Shown here: one piece after another, positions 49,346 through 58,508 of the stretch
Layout: each line of letters opens with the position of its first letter
Position numbering within the stretch: position 1 is the stretch's first letter
Assembly (NCBI GenBank): GCA_964370855.1
Contig: CAYJMF010000004.1
Location: 25,258-89,257 of the forward strand
From: an uncultured Planctomycetota bacterium
GTDB lineage: Bacteria > Planctomycetota > JAJSAM01 > JAKLKS01
Direction: 5' to 3'
Length of the DNA: 64,000 nt
Notes under the pieces: generated by a model
Databases searched by the model: none
Told to the model about the DNA's origin: nothing
The model's input: only the letters and a program-made list of their open reading frames with translations
Position numbers and translations under genes: made by a program

Positions 49346-51884
49346 GGTCCCTCCGGAACGCGTAGTCCCCCGCGTTGAAGGCGTCCTCGTACTCCTTCAC
49401 CGTCGCGTCGGAGGTCAGCGACATGTCGAGGTGGTTCACGTACCCCATGACCAGGCCGACCGTGGCCAGGGCCTCCTCCATCGCCTCCGGGGGGAGGTGG
49501 CGCACCCTGGCGTTGACGAGGTCCGCGGCCTGGTCGCACTCGAACCCGCGCGCGGAGAGGAGGCGCCTGATGAGGACCGCACGGCGGCTCCTCTGCTCCA
49601 CCCCCGTGGCCCCCCCGACGAAGCGGAAGGAGGCGTGGTTGGACTCCACCCTGTCGCAGACGCGCGCGTCGACGGTCGAGAAGTGGTACCCGATCCGCGA
49701 GTTCAGGCTCATGGAGTCGGAGGAGATGAAGGCGTAGGAGGGTTCGCCCATGGGCCGCAGGCGCTGGTCCTGGTCGAAGTTGTAGTTGACGACGGCGGAC
49801 ATGAACCCCCGGAGGGACACGGGCCGGAGGGTCCGCCACCGCAGGCGCGGGTCGGTCATGCCGCGCCAGAGCGCCCTCATCGGCGCGCAGGCGACCTGGT
49901 CCATCGTGACGTCGCCTCCCGGCGCGCCCGGGGCGAGTCCGCCGCCGAGATCGAACACCCGGCAGTCGATGGGCACGGACGAGACGAGGCGGCGCGCAGG
50001 CGTTCCCCCGTTGACGGCCCCGTCCCCGAGTTCGAACATCTCCTCGACCGTCGCCTGGTGGCAGAAGCGGATGATGTCGTGGATCGTGCGGCACTCGCCG
50101 GGGGAGTAGCCGCTGGCCTGGCGATCGCGCAGGGTCAGGGGGACGATCAGGTCCTTGACGGAGGCCAGGCGCTCGACGTTGGGGTTGCGCGGCCCCGCCG
50201 GGCGCTCCGCGGCCCCCGCGAGGACCGCCTCGACGCGTCCCCGGTAGACGACACCGGCGTCGGCGTCCACGGTCACGACCTCGCCGTCCGGCGGAAGGAC
50301 CGCGGTGGCGGTCCGGGTCGCCAGCAGGGCGGGGACGCGGAGTTCGCGGGCCACGGTGGCCAGGTGGCCGGTCACCTCCCCCATGTCGGCGACGAGGGCC
50401 GCCGCCCCGGGAAGGAGGACCGCGAACCGGGGGTCCGCTTCCGCGACGGCGATCACGGACCCGGGAGCGCAGCCGAGGACGTCCGCGTCGGACCCGACGC
50501 GCCTCAGGGGGCCGGACCCCGCGCCCCTGCTCGCCCGGGAGCCGCCCTCGAGCAGGACGGCCGCCCCCGGGACCCGCGCGCCGGTGGGGCGGTCGGCCTG
50601 CTCCGCGTGCCGGGGCTGGGGCCGCACCTGGAGCACGTGGACGCGTCCGTCGCCGTCGACGGCCCACTCCATGTCCAGGGGCATCCCGAACCGGTCCTCG
50701 AGGCGCCACGCGGCGTCGGCGATCTCCAGGGCGAGTCCCGGGGAGAGGATCGCGCGGCCGGACAGGGACGCGTCGAGGTCCACCCGCTCCACCCCTCCGG
50801 CGGCCGCGCTCCGGAGGATCCCCGCCTGCACCCCCGTGCGGTACGAGGCGACCTCCCGGCGCTCGCGGTCCACGTAGCAGGAGTCCGGCTCCGCCGACCC
50901 GTCCACGGCGGAGAGCCCGAGGCCCCGGACCGCCTGGATCAGGGTCCGCTGGCCGAGGGAGGTCGCGCAGGCGCCGTAGAGCACCCCGGCCGCCCGCGCC
51001 TCCACCATCCGGACCACGCAGCAGCACATGGCGACCTCGTCGTCCTCGAAGCCCCGCCCCAGGCGGTAGGCGATGGCCTGCGGCGAGTACTTGCCCGCGA
51101 CCACCTGCCGGAACGCCTCCTCCAGGGCCGCGGGGGGGACGTTCAGGAGGGATCGGTACTGGCCGGCGAAGGACACCTCCATCCCGCCCTCCTGGAGGGC
51201 GCTCGAGCGCACCGCGAGCCGGTCCCCGGGGGAGAAGGAGGCCGCGCCGGCACGGAGCGCGGCGGCGACGGCGGCGGGCAGGGGAGACGCGAGGATGGCG
51301 CCGGTGATCCCGGCGGAGGCCCTGAAGCAGGACGCGACGTCGCCCGGATCCGCGCCCTCCATCCCGGCCGCGATCCGATCCCCCAGGCCCCCCTCCTCCA
51401 TGAGGGCGCGGTAGGCGGCGACCGTGGTGGCGAACCCGTCGGGGACCCGTCCGCCGAGGACCCTGCGCGCCTCCCCGAGGAAGGCGCTCTTCTGCCCGAC
51501 GACCTCGGACAGCGATGCGTCCACGTCGGCGAGGCCTAGGACCATCCCGACCTCCCGCAGCGAGGGCGTGATCTCGACCCCGCGGGCGATCCCGCTCTTG
51601 AGGCTCTCGAAGAGCGGGACGAGATCGCCGTACCTGTCCTCCGTCATCCGGTTCAGGTGGACCACCATCCGGTAGGTCTGGACCATGACTCCGGCCACGA
51701 GGCGGCGGAGTTCCGCCGCGGAGAGCCTCCCGGAATCCAGGGCCTCCTGGATGCGCTCCACGTGTCCCAGGGCGGAGTTGTTCGCGTGCAGGACTTCACG
51801 GAATGCGGCCATGCGGGACTCGAGGGGCGGTCCCTCGCCGTGCCCCCGACCCAGGAGTCTGGAGACGATGCCGCCGCGGGACAT
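49335..51884 (-). CDS. PpsA-like PEP-utilising dikinase paralogue 4
   Basis: Motifs GQKSAFLGE, AVRSSALQEGG.EVSFAGQY, LDMEWA, GEVTGHLATVARELRVPALL. Its 3' end overlaps the downstream HK start by 11 nt. Confidence 0.8.
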   Translation of the reverse strand: MSRGGIVSRLLGRGHGEGPPLESRMAAFREVLHANNSALGHVERIQEALDSGRLSAAELRRLVAGVMVQTYRMVVHLNRMTEDRYGDLVPLFESLKSGIARGVEITPSLREVGMVLGLADVDASLSEVVGQKSAFLGEARRVLGGRVPDGFATTVAAYRALMEEGGLGDRIAAGMEGADPGDVASCFRASAGITGAILASPLPAAVAAALRAGAASFSPGDRLAVRSSALQEGGMEVSFAGQYRSLLNVPPAALEEAFRQVVAGKYSPQAIAYRLGRGFEDDEVAMCCCVVRMVEARAAGVLYGACATSLGQRTLIQAVRGLGLSAVDGSAEPDSCYVDRERREVASYRTGVQAGILRSAAAGGVERVDLDASLSGRAILSPGLALEIADAAWRLEDRFGMPLDMEWAVDGDGRVHVLQVRPQPRHAEQADRPTGARVPGAAVLLEGGSRASRGAGSGPLRRVGSDADVLGCAPGSVIAVAEADPRFAVLLPGAAALVADMGEVTGHLATVARELRVPALLATRTATAVLPPDGEVVTVDADAGVVYRGRVEAVLAGAAERPAGPRNPNVERLASVKDLIVPLTLRDRQASGYSPGECRTIHDIIRFCHQATVEEMFELGDGAVNGGTPARRLVSSVPIDCRVFDLGGGLAPGAPGGDVTMDQVACAPMRALWRGMTDPRLRWRTLRPVSLRGFMSAVVNYNFDQDQRLRPMGEPSYAFISSDSMSLNSRIGYHFSTVDARVCDRVESNHASFRFVGGATGVEQRSRRAVLIRRLLSARGFECDQAADLVNARVRHLPPEAMEEALATVGLVMGYVNHLDMSLTSDATVKEYEDAFNAGDYAFRRDHEG

Positions 51885-52043
51885 CCGGGCTCCGCAGGGC
51901 CGCCGCGCGACCCGCGCGGGGTGATCCGCGCGGGCCGCTCGCGGCGCCCGTCAACCGGCCGCTAGATCCCCGATCCTATTCGGTCCCGGGGACTTCCGCG
52001 GCTCCTTCCCCCCTGCCCCGGGCGACGGCCCGTGACCAGCAAT

Positions 52044-52061
52044 CGTGATTTTCTGCACAAT
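52044..52061. promoter_or_regulatory. conserved motif cGTGATTTTCTGCACAATa in the divergent intergenic region between the PEP-like operon and the CMPK-like/BON gene
   Basis: Second copy of the GTGATTT(T)CT(G/C)CACAAT motif. 424-bp intergenic region. Confidence 0.45.
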
Positions 52062-52308
52062 ATCGAAGGACCCTGTTCCGGCCCCCTGCTAGGATCCCGG
52101 GCGAGATCGAGACCGGTCCGGCGACGTTCGGACGATGTGCACCATGTCCTGGTCCTTCGCGAGCCGCCCTTCCGCGCCGCGTGCGCGTCCCGCGCGCCGG
52201 CCTCCCCCTCCCGGCGATCTCCGGCCCCGCCCCCGGGAGCGGGCTCCTTCGAGGCGGGTCGCGCCCGTGCCCCCGGGGGCGGCGGGCGCGGGAAGGGGGT
52301 GAGTTCCC

Positions 52309-53142
52309 GTGGCCATCATCACGATTTCAAGGGGTTCGATGAGCGGGGGGGAGGCGCTGGCGACCCTGCTGGCCCGGGACCTGGGCTGCCCCGTCCTCGG
52401 CCGCGAGGTCGTGCTCGAGGCGGCCGCCGCGATCGGGGTCCCCGAGGAGACCCTCGGGCAGAAGTTCGAGCGGAGCCCGGGGCTCTGGGGGCGGCTGACC
52501 TCGGACCGGCGCGTCTACGTCGTCGCGGTCCAGGCGGCGCTGGCCGAGCACGCGGCCACGGGCCGTCTCGTCTACCACGGGCTCGCGGGGCACCTCCTGC
52601 TCAAGGGCGTCCCGGCGGTCCTCCGGGCACGGCTCATCGCGCCGCTGGAGATGCGCGTCCGCACCGTCATGGAGCGCCAGGGCCTGGGGCGGAGCGCCGC
52701 GGTGGAGTACATCGAGAACGTCGACGAGGACCGCGTCCGCTGGACCAGGTTCATCTACGGCGTCGACTGGCGGGACCCGGCCCACTACGACCTCGTCGTG
52801 AACCTCGAGAACATCTCCATCCCCGCCGCCGGCGAGATCATCGCGCGGGCCGCCTCCCGGGTCGAGTACGCGATCACGCCGCCGGTCCTGAAGGCGCTCG
52901 CCGACTTCCGCCTGGCCTGCCGGGTGAAGGTGGCCCTGGCCGTGAACCCCCAGACGCGGGGAATCGACCTCAAGGTGCGGGCCGACGGGGGCGCCCTGAC
53001 GGTCGAGGGCGACCTGCCCGCCGCCGGGATGCTCACCCGCGCCAGCCGAAGGGACGAGGAGGAGGTCCTGCGCACCGCCCGGGAGGTGCCCGGCGTGGTC
53101 GACGTGGCGCTGGACCTCAGGCGGTACGACCCGTCCCTCTGA
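52309..53142 (+). CDS. cytidylate-kinase-like P-loop protein with C-terminal BON-like domain (paralogue of 29184..29999)
   Basis: GTG start. MAIITISRGSMSGGE.. ~45% identical to the other copy. Confidence 0.6.
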   Translation: MAIITISRGSMSGGEALATLLARDLGCPVLGREVVLEAAAAIGVPEETLGQKFERSPGLWGRLTSDRRVYVVAVQAALAEHAATGRLVYHGLAGHLLLKGVPAVLRARLIAPLEMRVRTVMERQGLGRSAAVEYIENVDEDRVRWTRFIYGVDWRDPAHYDLVVNLENISIPAAGEIIARAASRVEYAITPPVLKALADFRLACRVKVALAVNPQTRGIDLKVRADGGALTVEGDLPAAGMLTRASRRDEEEVLRTAREVPGVVDVALDLRRYDPSL

Positions 53143-53167
53143 ACTCGACCTTCCCGAAAGAGGACCC

Positions 53168-53356
53168 GTGAACTGGATCACCTGGCTTCACGAACTGGGG
53201 CGGGACGCGAACGCCGGGGCGCCGGGGTTCCAGGCGGGCGCTTCGTACCTCCTGGTCTCCGTGTCGATGCCCGTGGCCATCGGCCTGTTCGTGGGATTCG
53301 GCTTCCGCCTCGTGGAGGCCGTCTTCGGGATCCGGCTCGGGAAGGGGGGGCACTGA
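53168..53356 (+). CDS. small hydrophobic protein (62 aa) coupled to the TauE/SafE gene
   Basis: The TGA overlaps the ATG of the downstream TauE gene. One TM helix. Ends ..GKGGH. Confidence 0.35.
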   Translation: MNWITWLHELGRDANAGAPGFQAGASYLLVSVSMPVAIGLFVGFGFRLVEAVFGIRLGKGGH

Positions 53357-54273
53357 TGTCGGCCGGCGACTTCCTCCTGGACCTCGGGCACTTCCCCTGG
53401 CTCATCCTCTTCGGCCTCGTCATCGGCGTCATCGGGGGGTTCTTCGGCGTGGGCGGGGGCTTCCTGATGGTCCCGATGCTGAACGTCGTCTTCGGGATCC
53501 CCTACAACATCTGCGTCGGGTCGGATCTCGGCCAGATGTGCGGGATGTCCACGGCGGCCACCGTGCGCCACATGCGCTTCGGCAACATCGACTTCAAGCT
53601 GGGGTTCCTGATGATCGTGGGGACCGCGACCGGGGTGGAGCTGGGCGCGATCCTCCTCGAGCTCCTGAAGCGGGCGGGGGAGACCACGATGACGGTGGTC
53701 ATGAGCCTGATCTACGCCGCCCTCCTGCTCTTCCTCGGTCAGGCCATCGTCCGCGAGTCCCTGCGGACGATCAAGGCGGGGGGCGGGGAGGGCGACGGGG
53801 GCGGGGGCGTGCCTCCGGCGTCGGGAGTCATGCTCCGGCTCCGCACGCTGAAGCTCCGGCCCATGGTGAGCCTGCCCGCTTCCGGGATCGCCTCCGTCTC
53901 GCTGTGGGTGATCCTGGGCATCGGGTTCGCCACGGGGGTCCTGTCGGGGATGCTCGGCGTGGGCGGCGGCTTCATTCGGATGCCCGCCCTCGTCTACATC
54001 CTGGGCTGTCCCACGGTGGTGGCCGTGGGGACCGACCTCTTCGAGATCATGTTCAGCTCCGGGTACGGCGTCTTCTCCCACTCCATGAAGGGGAACGTCC
54101 ACCTGGTCCTGGTCCTGGCGCTCCTGATCGGGACGACGATCGGAGCCCAGATCGGGGCCTCCTACACCCGGAAGGCGGGGGGGCCGCGCGTCCGGCTGGG
54201 CTTCGGCTGCCTGGCCTTCGTGGGGGTCCTGATGGTCGCCGTCAAGCTCTGCCTCAAGCTGACGGGGCATTGA
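53356..54273 (+). CDS. TauE/SafE (TSUP, DUF81) family permease, paralogue 4
   Basis: FGVGGGFLMVP and GVGGGFIRMP motifs. 305 aa. Confidence 0.8.
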   Translation: MSAGDFLLDLGHFPWLILFGLVIGVIGGFFGVGGGFLMVPMLNVVFGIPYNICVGSDLGQMCGMSTAATVRHMRFGNIDFKLGFLMIVGTATGVELGAILLELLKRAGETTMTVVMSLIYAALLLFLGQAIVRESLRTIKAGGGEGDGGGGVPPASGVMLRLRTLKLRPMVSLPASGIASVSLWVILGIGFATGVLSGMLGVGGGFIRMPALVYILGCPTVVAVGTDLFEIMFSSGYGVFSHSMKGNVHLVLVLALLIGTTIGAQIGASYTRKAGGPRVRLGFGCLAFVGVLMVAVKLCLKLTGH

Positions 54274-54307
54274 GGCCGGGCCGTCGGCGGTTGCTAGGAT
54301 CGCCCTG

Positions 54308-56917
54308 ATGTCCGGGCTCTACGACCGCCTCGCGCGAATCCTCTCCGGCGGCGCCGGGCGCCGCCGGAGAGTCCCGGTCGGCGAGAAGTTCCGCCGGTTC
54401 CGGGCCATCGGATCCTCCAACGACGCGTTCCTCCACCTCCTTGCCGACCTCCAGGATCGGGAGGAGGATCCCGCCGCGGAGGCGTGCGCCTCCGCGGACT
54501 CCGCCCTGGAGGAGATGGGGCGCCACGTGCACTCGATGGCGGAGGCCCTCGTCGCGCTGTCCGGAGGCCGCCACGCGGAGGTGCTGCGGCGCTGCGGGGA
54601 GATCGATCGGAACCTGCGGACGGAACTGCACGGGGCCCCGCCCGGCGACACCGGGGCGGTCATCGTGTGGCCGGGGGATCCGGACGCCCTGCGGCCCCGG
54701 GTCGTGGGCCCGAAGGCGGCGCGGCTGGCGGAGGCGACGTCGATCCCGGGCCTCGAGGTTCCGCCGTTCTTCTCCGTCTCCGCCCGGGGGTACCGCCTCT
54801 TCATGGAGGGGTCGGGCCTCGGGGAGGTCGTGGACGGCGTCCTGTCCTCCTCCGGGTCCCCGGAGCCCGGTGCGGTGAAGGCGGCCTCGGAGGCGATCGG
54901 TGCGGCCTTCGCGCGTGCCGTGGTCCCGGAGGAGATCGAGGCGGGGCTGCAGTCCGCGGTCCGCACCCTCCTCGACAGGGGCCGGTGGGAGCCCGGGGTC
55001 GCCGTCCGGTCCAGCGCCGTGGTGGAGGGATCCGCCTCCTCCTTCGCCGGCCAGTTCGAGAGCGTGCTCAACGTCCGCGGCCCGGACCTGGCGGAGGCGT
55101 ACAAGAGGGTGGTCGCCAGCAAGTACCGGCATCACGCCCTCCGGTACGCGCTCTCGCGCGGATTCCGCGAGAAGGACGTGGCGATGCCCGTCCTGGTCAT
55201 GGCGATGGTGCGCCCCTCCTCCAGCGGGGTCGCCTACTCCCGCTGTCCCGGGCGGCCGCAGTCGGTCATGATCACGGCGGTCCCGGGCCTGGCCCAGGCG
55301 GTCGTCGACGGGAGGGTGACCCCGGACACCTTCCTGGTCTCGATCCGGGACCCGGACCTGGTGGAGGAGTTCCTCCCCGGCCGACGGGGTTTCTCGCTGC
55401 GGTGCGCCGCCGACGGGGGGCTCATCGAGGTCGGGGAGCGGGTCGCGCCCGCAGGCGCCCCCGCCCTGCCCGCGGACGGGGTCCGCGAGGTGGCCCGCAT
55501 GGCGTGCAGCCTCGAGAAGCACTTCGGGTCCCCCCAGGACGTCGAGTGGGCCCGGAACGAGGCCGGGAGGGTCCTGGTGGTCCAGACGAGGCCGCTGCAC
55601 CTTCCCAGGGTGGACGCGCGGCCCCAGCCCTCCCGGCCGCCCGTGGAAGGGCACCGCGTCCTCCTGGCGGGGGGGCGGCGCGCCTCCGGAGGCGTCGCCT
55701 CGGGCCCCCTGTTCCACCTCCGCGATCCGATGCACGTCGACGCGGTCCCGGAGGGGGCGATCCTCCGCGTCCCGATGACGACGCCGCGGCTGGCGGGGGT
55801 GATGGGACTGGCGGGCGGGATCATCGCCGCCGCGGGCAGCCCCGTCGGGCACATGTCGACCATCGCCCGGGAGTTCGGGGTGCCTTGCGTGATCGGTGCG
55901 GCGGACTCCCTGGCCTCCCTGCCGCAGGGCGCGATCGTCACCCTGGACGCCGACGCCGGCATCGTCTACGAGGGCGCCGTCCCCGGCCCGCCGGGCCCCG
56001 GGCCCCATGCCCGGCCCGCCGGGAGGAGCCGGGATCCCGCCGGGGAGGACCTGGACCTCCTCCTCCAGCAGGTCTCCCCGCTGACCCTTCCCGAGCCGGG
56101 GACCCCCGGTTTCCTCCCGGAGAACTGCCGGACCTTCCACGACATCGCGAGGTACGTCCACCAGGCGGCGATGGCGGAGATGTTCGAGCTGGAGGACTCC
56201 GCGGCGGGGGAGATGCGCTCGGCCCGGCGCCTCGCCTGGGGGGTGCCCCTGCAGGTCCTCCTGGTCGACCTGGGCGGAGGGGCGGAGGCCGGCGATCCCT
56301 CGGTCGTCACGGTCGCGGAACTTCGTTCCGTGCCGCTTCTCGCCGTCATCGAGGGAATGTCGGACCCGCGCCTGCACTGGACCGGCCCCGTCGGGTTCGA
56401 TCTCAAGGGGTTCATGTCCGTCGTCGTGCACAGCGCCGCCGACGACCAGCGGTACGGGGAGCCCTGCTACTGTCTCTGCTCCCCGGACTACATGCACTTC
56501 GCTTCGCGGCTCGCCTACCACTTCGCCACCGTGGACTCGATCTGCGGCGGCTCCGTCAACGAGAACTACGCCCGCTTCCTCTTCCACGGGGGGGCGGCCG
56601 TGGCGGCCCGGCGCGAGTGGCGCGCCCACTTCCTCGCCGTGATCCTCGAATCCCACGGCTTCGCCGTCAGGCAGGCGGGCGATCGGGTCGAGGCCGTCCT
56701 GGCGAAGAGGGGGGCGGACCGGGTGGTGGAGGCGCTCGGGATGCTGGGGAGGCTGATGGTCGCCTCCCGCCACCTGGACATGGTGATCGAGAGCCGGTCC
56801 ACCGCGGACGTCCTGGCCCGGGCCTTCCTCTCGGGGGACTACTCCTTCCGGCGGCTCGCCGGCCACGGCCCCCGGGACGGCACGGGGGCCGCGCCTCCTA
56901 GTGCATCTCCCACTTGA
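54308..56917 (+). CDS. PpsA-like PEP-utilising dikinase paralogue 5
   Basis: Motifs VGPKAARLAE, AVRSSAVVEGSASSFAGQF, QDVEWA, GSPVGHMSTIAREFGVPCVIG. Same C-terminal domain as the other four. Confidence 0.8.
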   Translation: MSGLYDRLARILSGGAGRRRRVPVGEKFRRFRAIGSSNDAFLHLLADLQDREEDPAAEACASADSALEEMGRHVHSMAEALVALSGGRHAEVLRRCGEIDRNLRTELHGAPPGDTGAVIVWPGDPDALRPRVVGPKAARLAEATSIPGLEVPPFFSVSARGYRLFMEGSGLGEVVDGVLSSSGSPEPGAVKAASEAIGAAFARAVVPEEIEAGLQSAVRTLLDRGRWEPGVAVRSSAVVEGSASSFAGQFESVLNVRGPDLAEAYKRVVASKYRHHALRYALSRGFREKDVAMPVLVMAMVRPSSSGVAYSRCPGRPQSVMITAVPGLAQAVVDGRVTPDTFLVSIRDPDLVEEFLPGRRGFSLRCAADGGLIEVGERVAPAGAPALPADGVREVARMACSLEKHFGSPQDVEWARNEAGRVLVVQTRPLHLPRVDARPQPSRPPVEGHRVLLAGGRRASGGVASGPLFHLRDPMHVDAVPEGAILRVPMTTPRLAGVMGLAGGIIAAAGSPVGHMSTIAREFGVPCVIGAADSLASLPQGAIVTLDADAGIVYEGAVPGPPGPGPHARPAGRSRDPAGEDLDLLLQQVSPLTLPEPGTPGFLPENCRTFHDIARYVHQAAMAEMFELEDSAAGEMRSARRLAWGVPLQVLLVDLGGGAEAGDPSVVTVAELRSVPLLAVIEGMSDPRLHWTGPVGFDLKGFMSVVVHSAADDQRYGEPCYCLCSPDYMHFASRLAYHFATVDSICGGSVNENYARFLFHGGAAVAARREWRAHFLAVILESHGFAVRQAGDRVEAVLAKRGADRVVEALGMLGRLMVASRHLDMVIESRSTADVLARAFLSGDYSFRRLAGHGPRDGTGAAPPSASPT

Positions 56918-58508
56918 TGAACGGCTCCTTCACGTCCACCATCGCGTTCACGATCAGCTCGACGAGCCCGCCGTAGGTGATCCCGCTCTTCTCCAGGGCG
57001 CCGTAGCGCTGGAGGATGTCCCGGAGCTGGCCCTTGCAGTTGGAGCAGGGGGCGCAGAGGTACTTCTTCACCTCGGGGCCCGGATGGTCGGCGAAGGCGT
57101 CCAGGACCTGCTTGAACTTCACCCGTCCCGCGACGGCCGTGCGCCAGTCGGTGAAGTTGTTGCCGGACATCACCGCGAACCCGCTCCCGCCGCCGCAGCA
57201 GTAGTTGTCCACACCGTGGGGCGTCATCTCCCGGAACTGCGGGCAGAGGTGGCGGAGGATCCGGCGCTGGGGCTCCACGATGCCCAGGTTCCGGACGATG
57301 TTGCACGGGTCGTGGAGTGTGACCGGGAAGTCGTTCTTCGAGGGGTCGAACTTGATCTTCCCGCTGAAGACGATCCTCTCGAGGAGCGGCAGGCAGCTCT
57401 CGCGGCGGATCGACATCTCCCCCGTCAGGACCCGGTCGGCGACGGTGATCAGCGCCTTGTGCTCGTGGCCGCACTCGCCGGCGACGATCCTCTTCACCTT
57501 CAGTTTGCCGGCCGCCTGGGCGTGCTTCAACGCGACCCTGGCGAGCTGGAAGTCGTCGTAGAAGAGCCCGTAGTTGACGCCGTCGTAGCCGACCTGCTCC
57601 GAGGAGAGCGTCCAGTCCACGCCCGCGGCGTTGAGGATGATGGCGAAGGCCCCGGGGTTCTCGGGCCAGGCGAGGATCTCGCCCGCGTTGTGGAGCAGGA
57701 GGACGTCCGCCCCCTCCTTGTCCCAGGGGGTCGTCGCGTCGAGCCCCGTGAGGTCCTTCGTGTCCTCGTCGATGAAGTCGACGTTGTCCTTCACGACCTC
57801 GGGGTTCATACCCGTGGAGGAGCCGACCCCGAGCTGGAGGACCGTCCCCTTCTCGTGCAGCTCCTTCGGGGCCCATCCGAGCTCCTGGCTGAAGAGCTTC
57901 CTCAGCTCGTGGGCGATGAGCCCGTTGTCCACCCCGATGGGGCAGACCTGCGCGCAGCGGCGGCAGAGGTTGCAGCGGTAGGCCAGTTCGTAGAGGCGGG
58001 AGATCGTGGTCCAGTTGAGGTCCACGTCGGCGCCCGTGAGGAAGGACGCCGCCCTCCCCCCGGGCCTGGCGTACCTCCTCACGAGTCGGCGCAGGGCCTC
58101 GGACCTGTAGGTGGGCCTGTAGATCTCCATCCCGCCGGAGCCCTTGAAGACGTGGCAGGAATCGCTGCACGTCTGGCACCCGACGCAGTACTCCAGCGAG
58201 AGGGTGAGGGGCTGGAGGAAGGTCCAGTTGTTCTCCCTCTCCAGGAGCTTCTTCAGGCCGGAGGCGAACCGGTCCACGAGCTCCTTCTCCTCGGCCGGGT
58301 CCCGCGGGTGGGGGAGGCTCAGGGCGACGACCCCGTCGAGGTTGCAGACGAACCGCTTCCGGGCCTCGGGGGAGATCTCCTTCCACGGAGGTTCCGCGTC
58401 CGGCTCGTCGTAGGGAGGCGGCAGGGGGATCAGCATCCCCGTGTCCACGGGCGACAGGACCTCGTCCCCGTCCTCCCCGATGCCGCGCACGCCCCTGATG
58501 GCCTTCAT
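56898..58508 (-). CDS. DsrK/HdrD-like CCG-domain iron-sulfur protein (second DsrMK-like module)
   Basis: Internal start MKAIRG (ATG 58508-58506). Motifs CxxCxxCxxxCP, LHDPCN, YCCGGGSG. Confidence 0.8.
   Translation of the reverse strand: MKAIRGVRGIGEDGDEVLSPVDTGMLIPLPPPYDEPDAEPPWKEISPEARKRFVCNLDGVVALSLPHPRDPAEEKELVDRFASGLKKLLERENNWTFLQPLTLSLEYCVGCQTCSDSCHVFKGSGGMEIYRPTYRSEALRRLVRRYARPGGRAASFLTGADVDLNWTTISRLYELAYRCNLCRRCAQVCPIGVDNGLIAHELRKLFSQELGWAPKELHEKGTVLQLGVGSSTGMNPEVVKDNVDFIDEDTKDLTGLDATTPWDKEGADVLLLHNAGEILAWPENPGAFAIILNAAGVDWTLSSEQVGYDGVNYGLFYDDFQLARVALKHAQAAGKLKVKRIVAGECGHEHKALITVADRVLTGEMSIRRESCLPLLERIVFSGKIKFDPSKNDFPVTLHDPCNIVRNLGIVEPQRRILRHLCPQFREMTPHGVDNYCCGGGSGFAVMSGNNFTDWRTAVAGRVKFKQVLDAFADHPGPEVKKYLCAPCSNCKGQLRDILQRYGALEKSGITYGGLVELIVNAMVDVKEPFIKWEMH

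Noticed and set aside
43277-49378. 2033-aa plus-strand ORF spanning the HK/PEP-like/RR/HK region
   Set aside because: Antisense to four well-supported minus-strand genes. Composition is Gly/Arg/Pro-rich with no domains.
52087-54302. Repeated 10-mer TGCTAGGATC at 52087-52096 and 54293-54302 (variant at 40231)
   Set aside because: The 54293 copy simply contains the AGGA Shine-Dalgarno 7 nt before the PEP-like#5 ATG. Too short, and probably coincidental, to call a motif.
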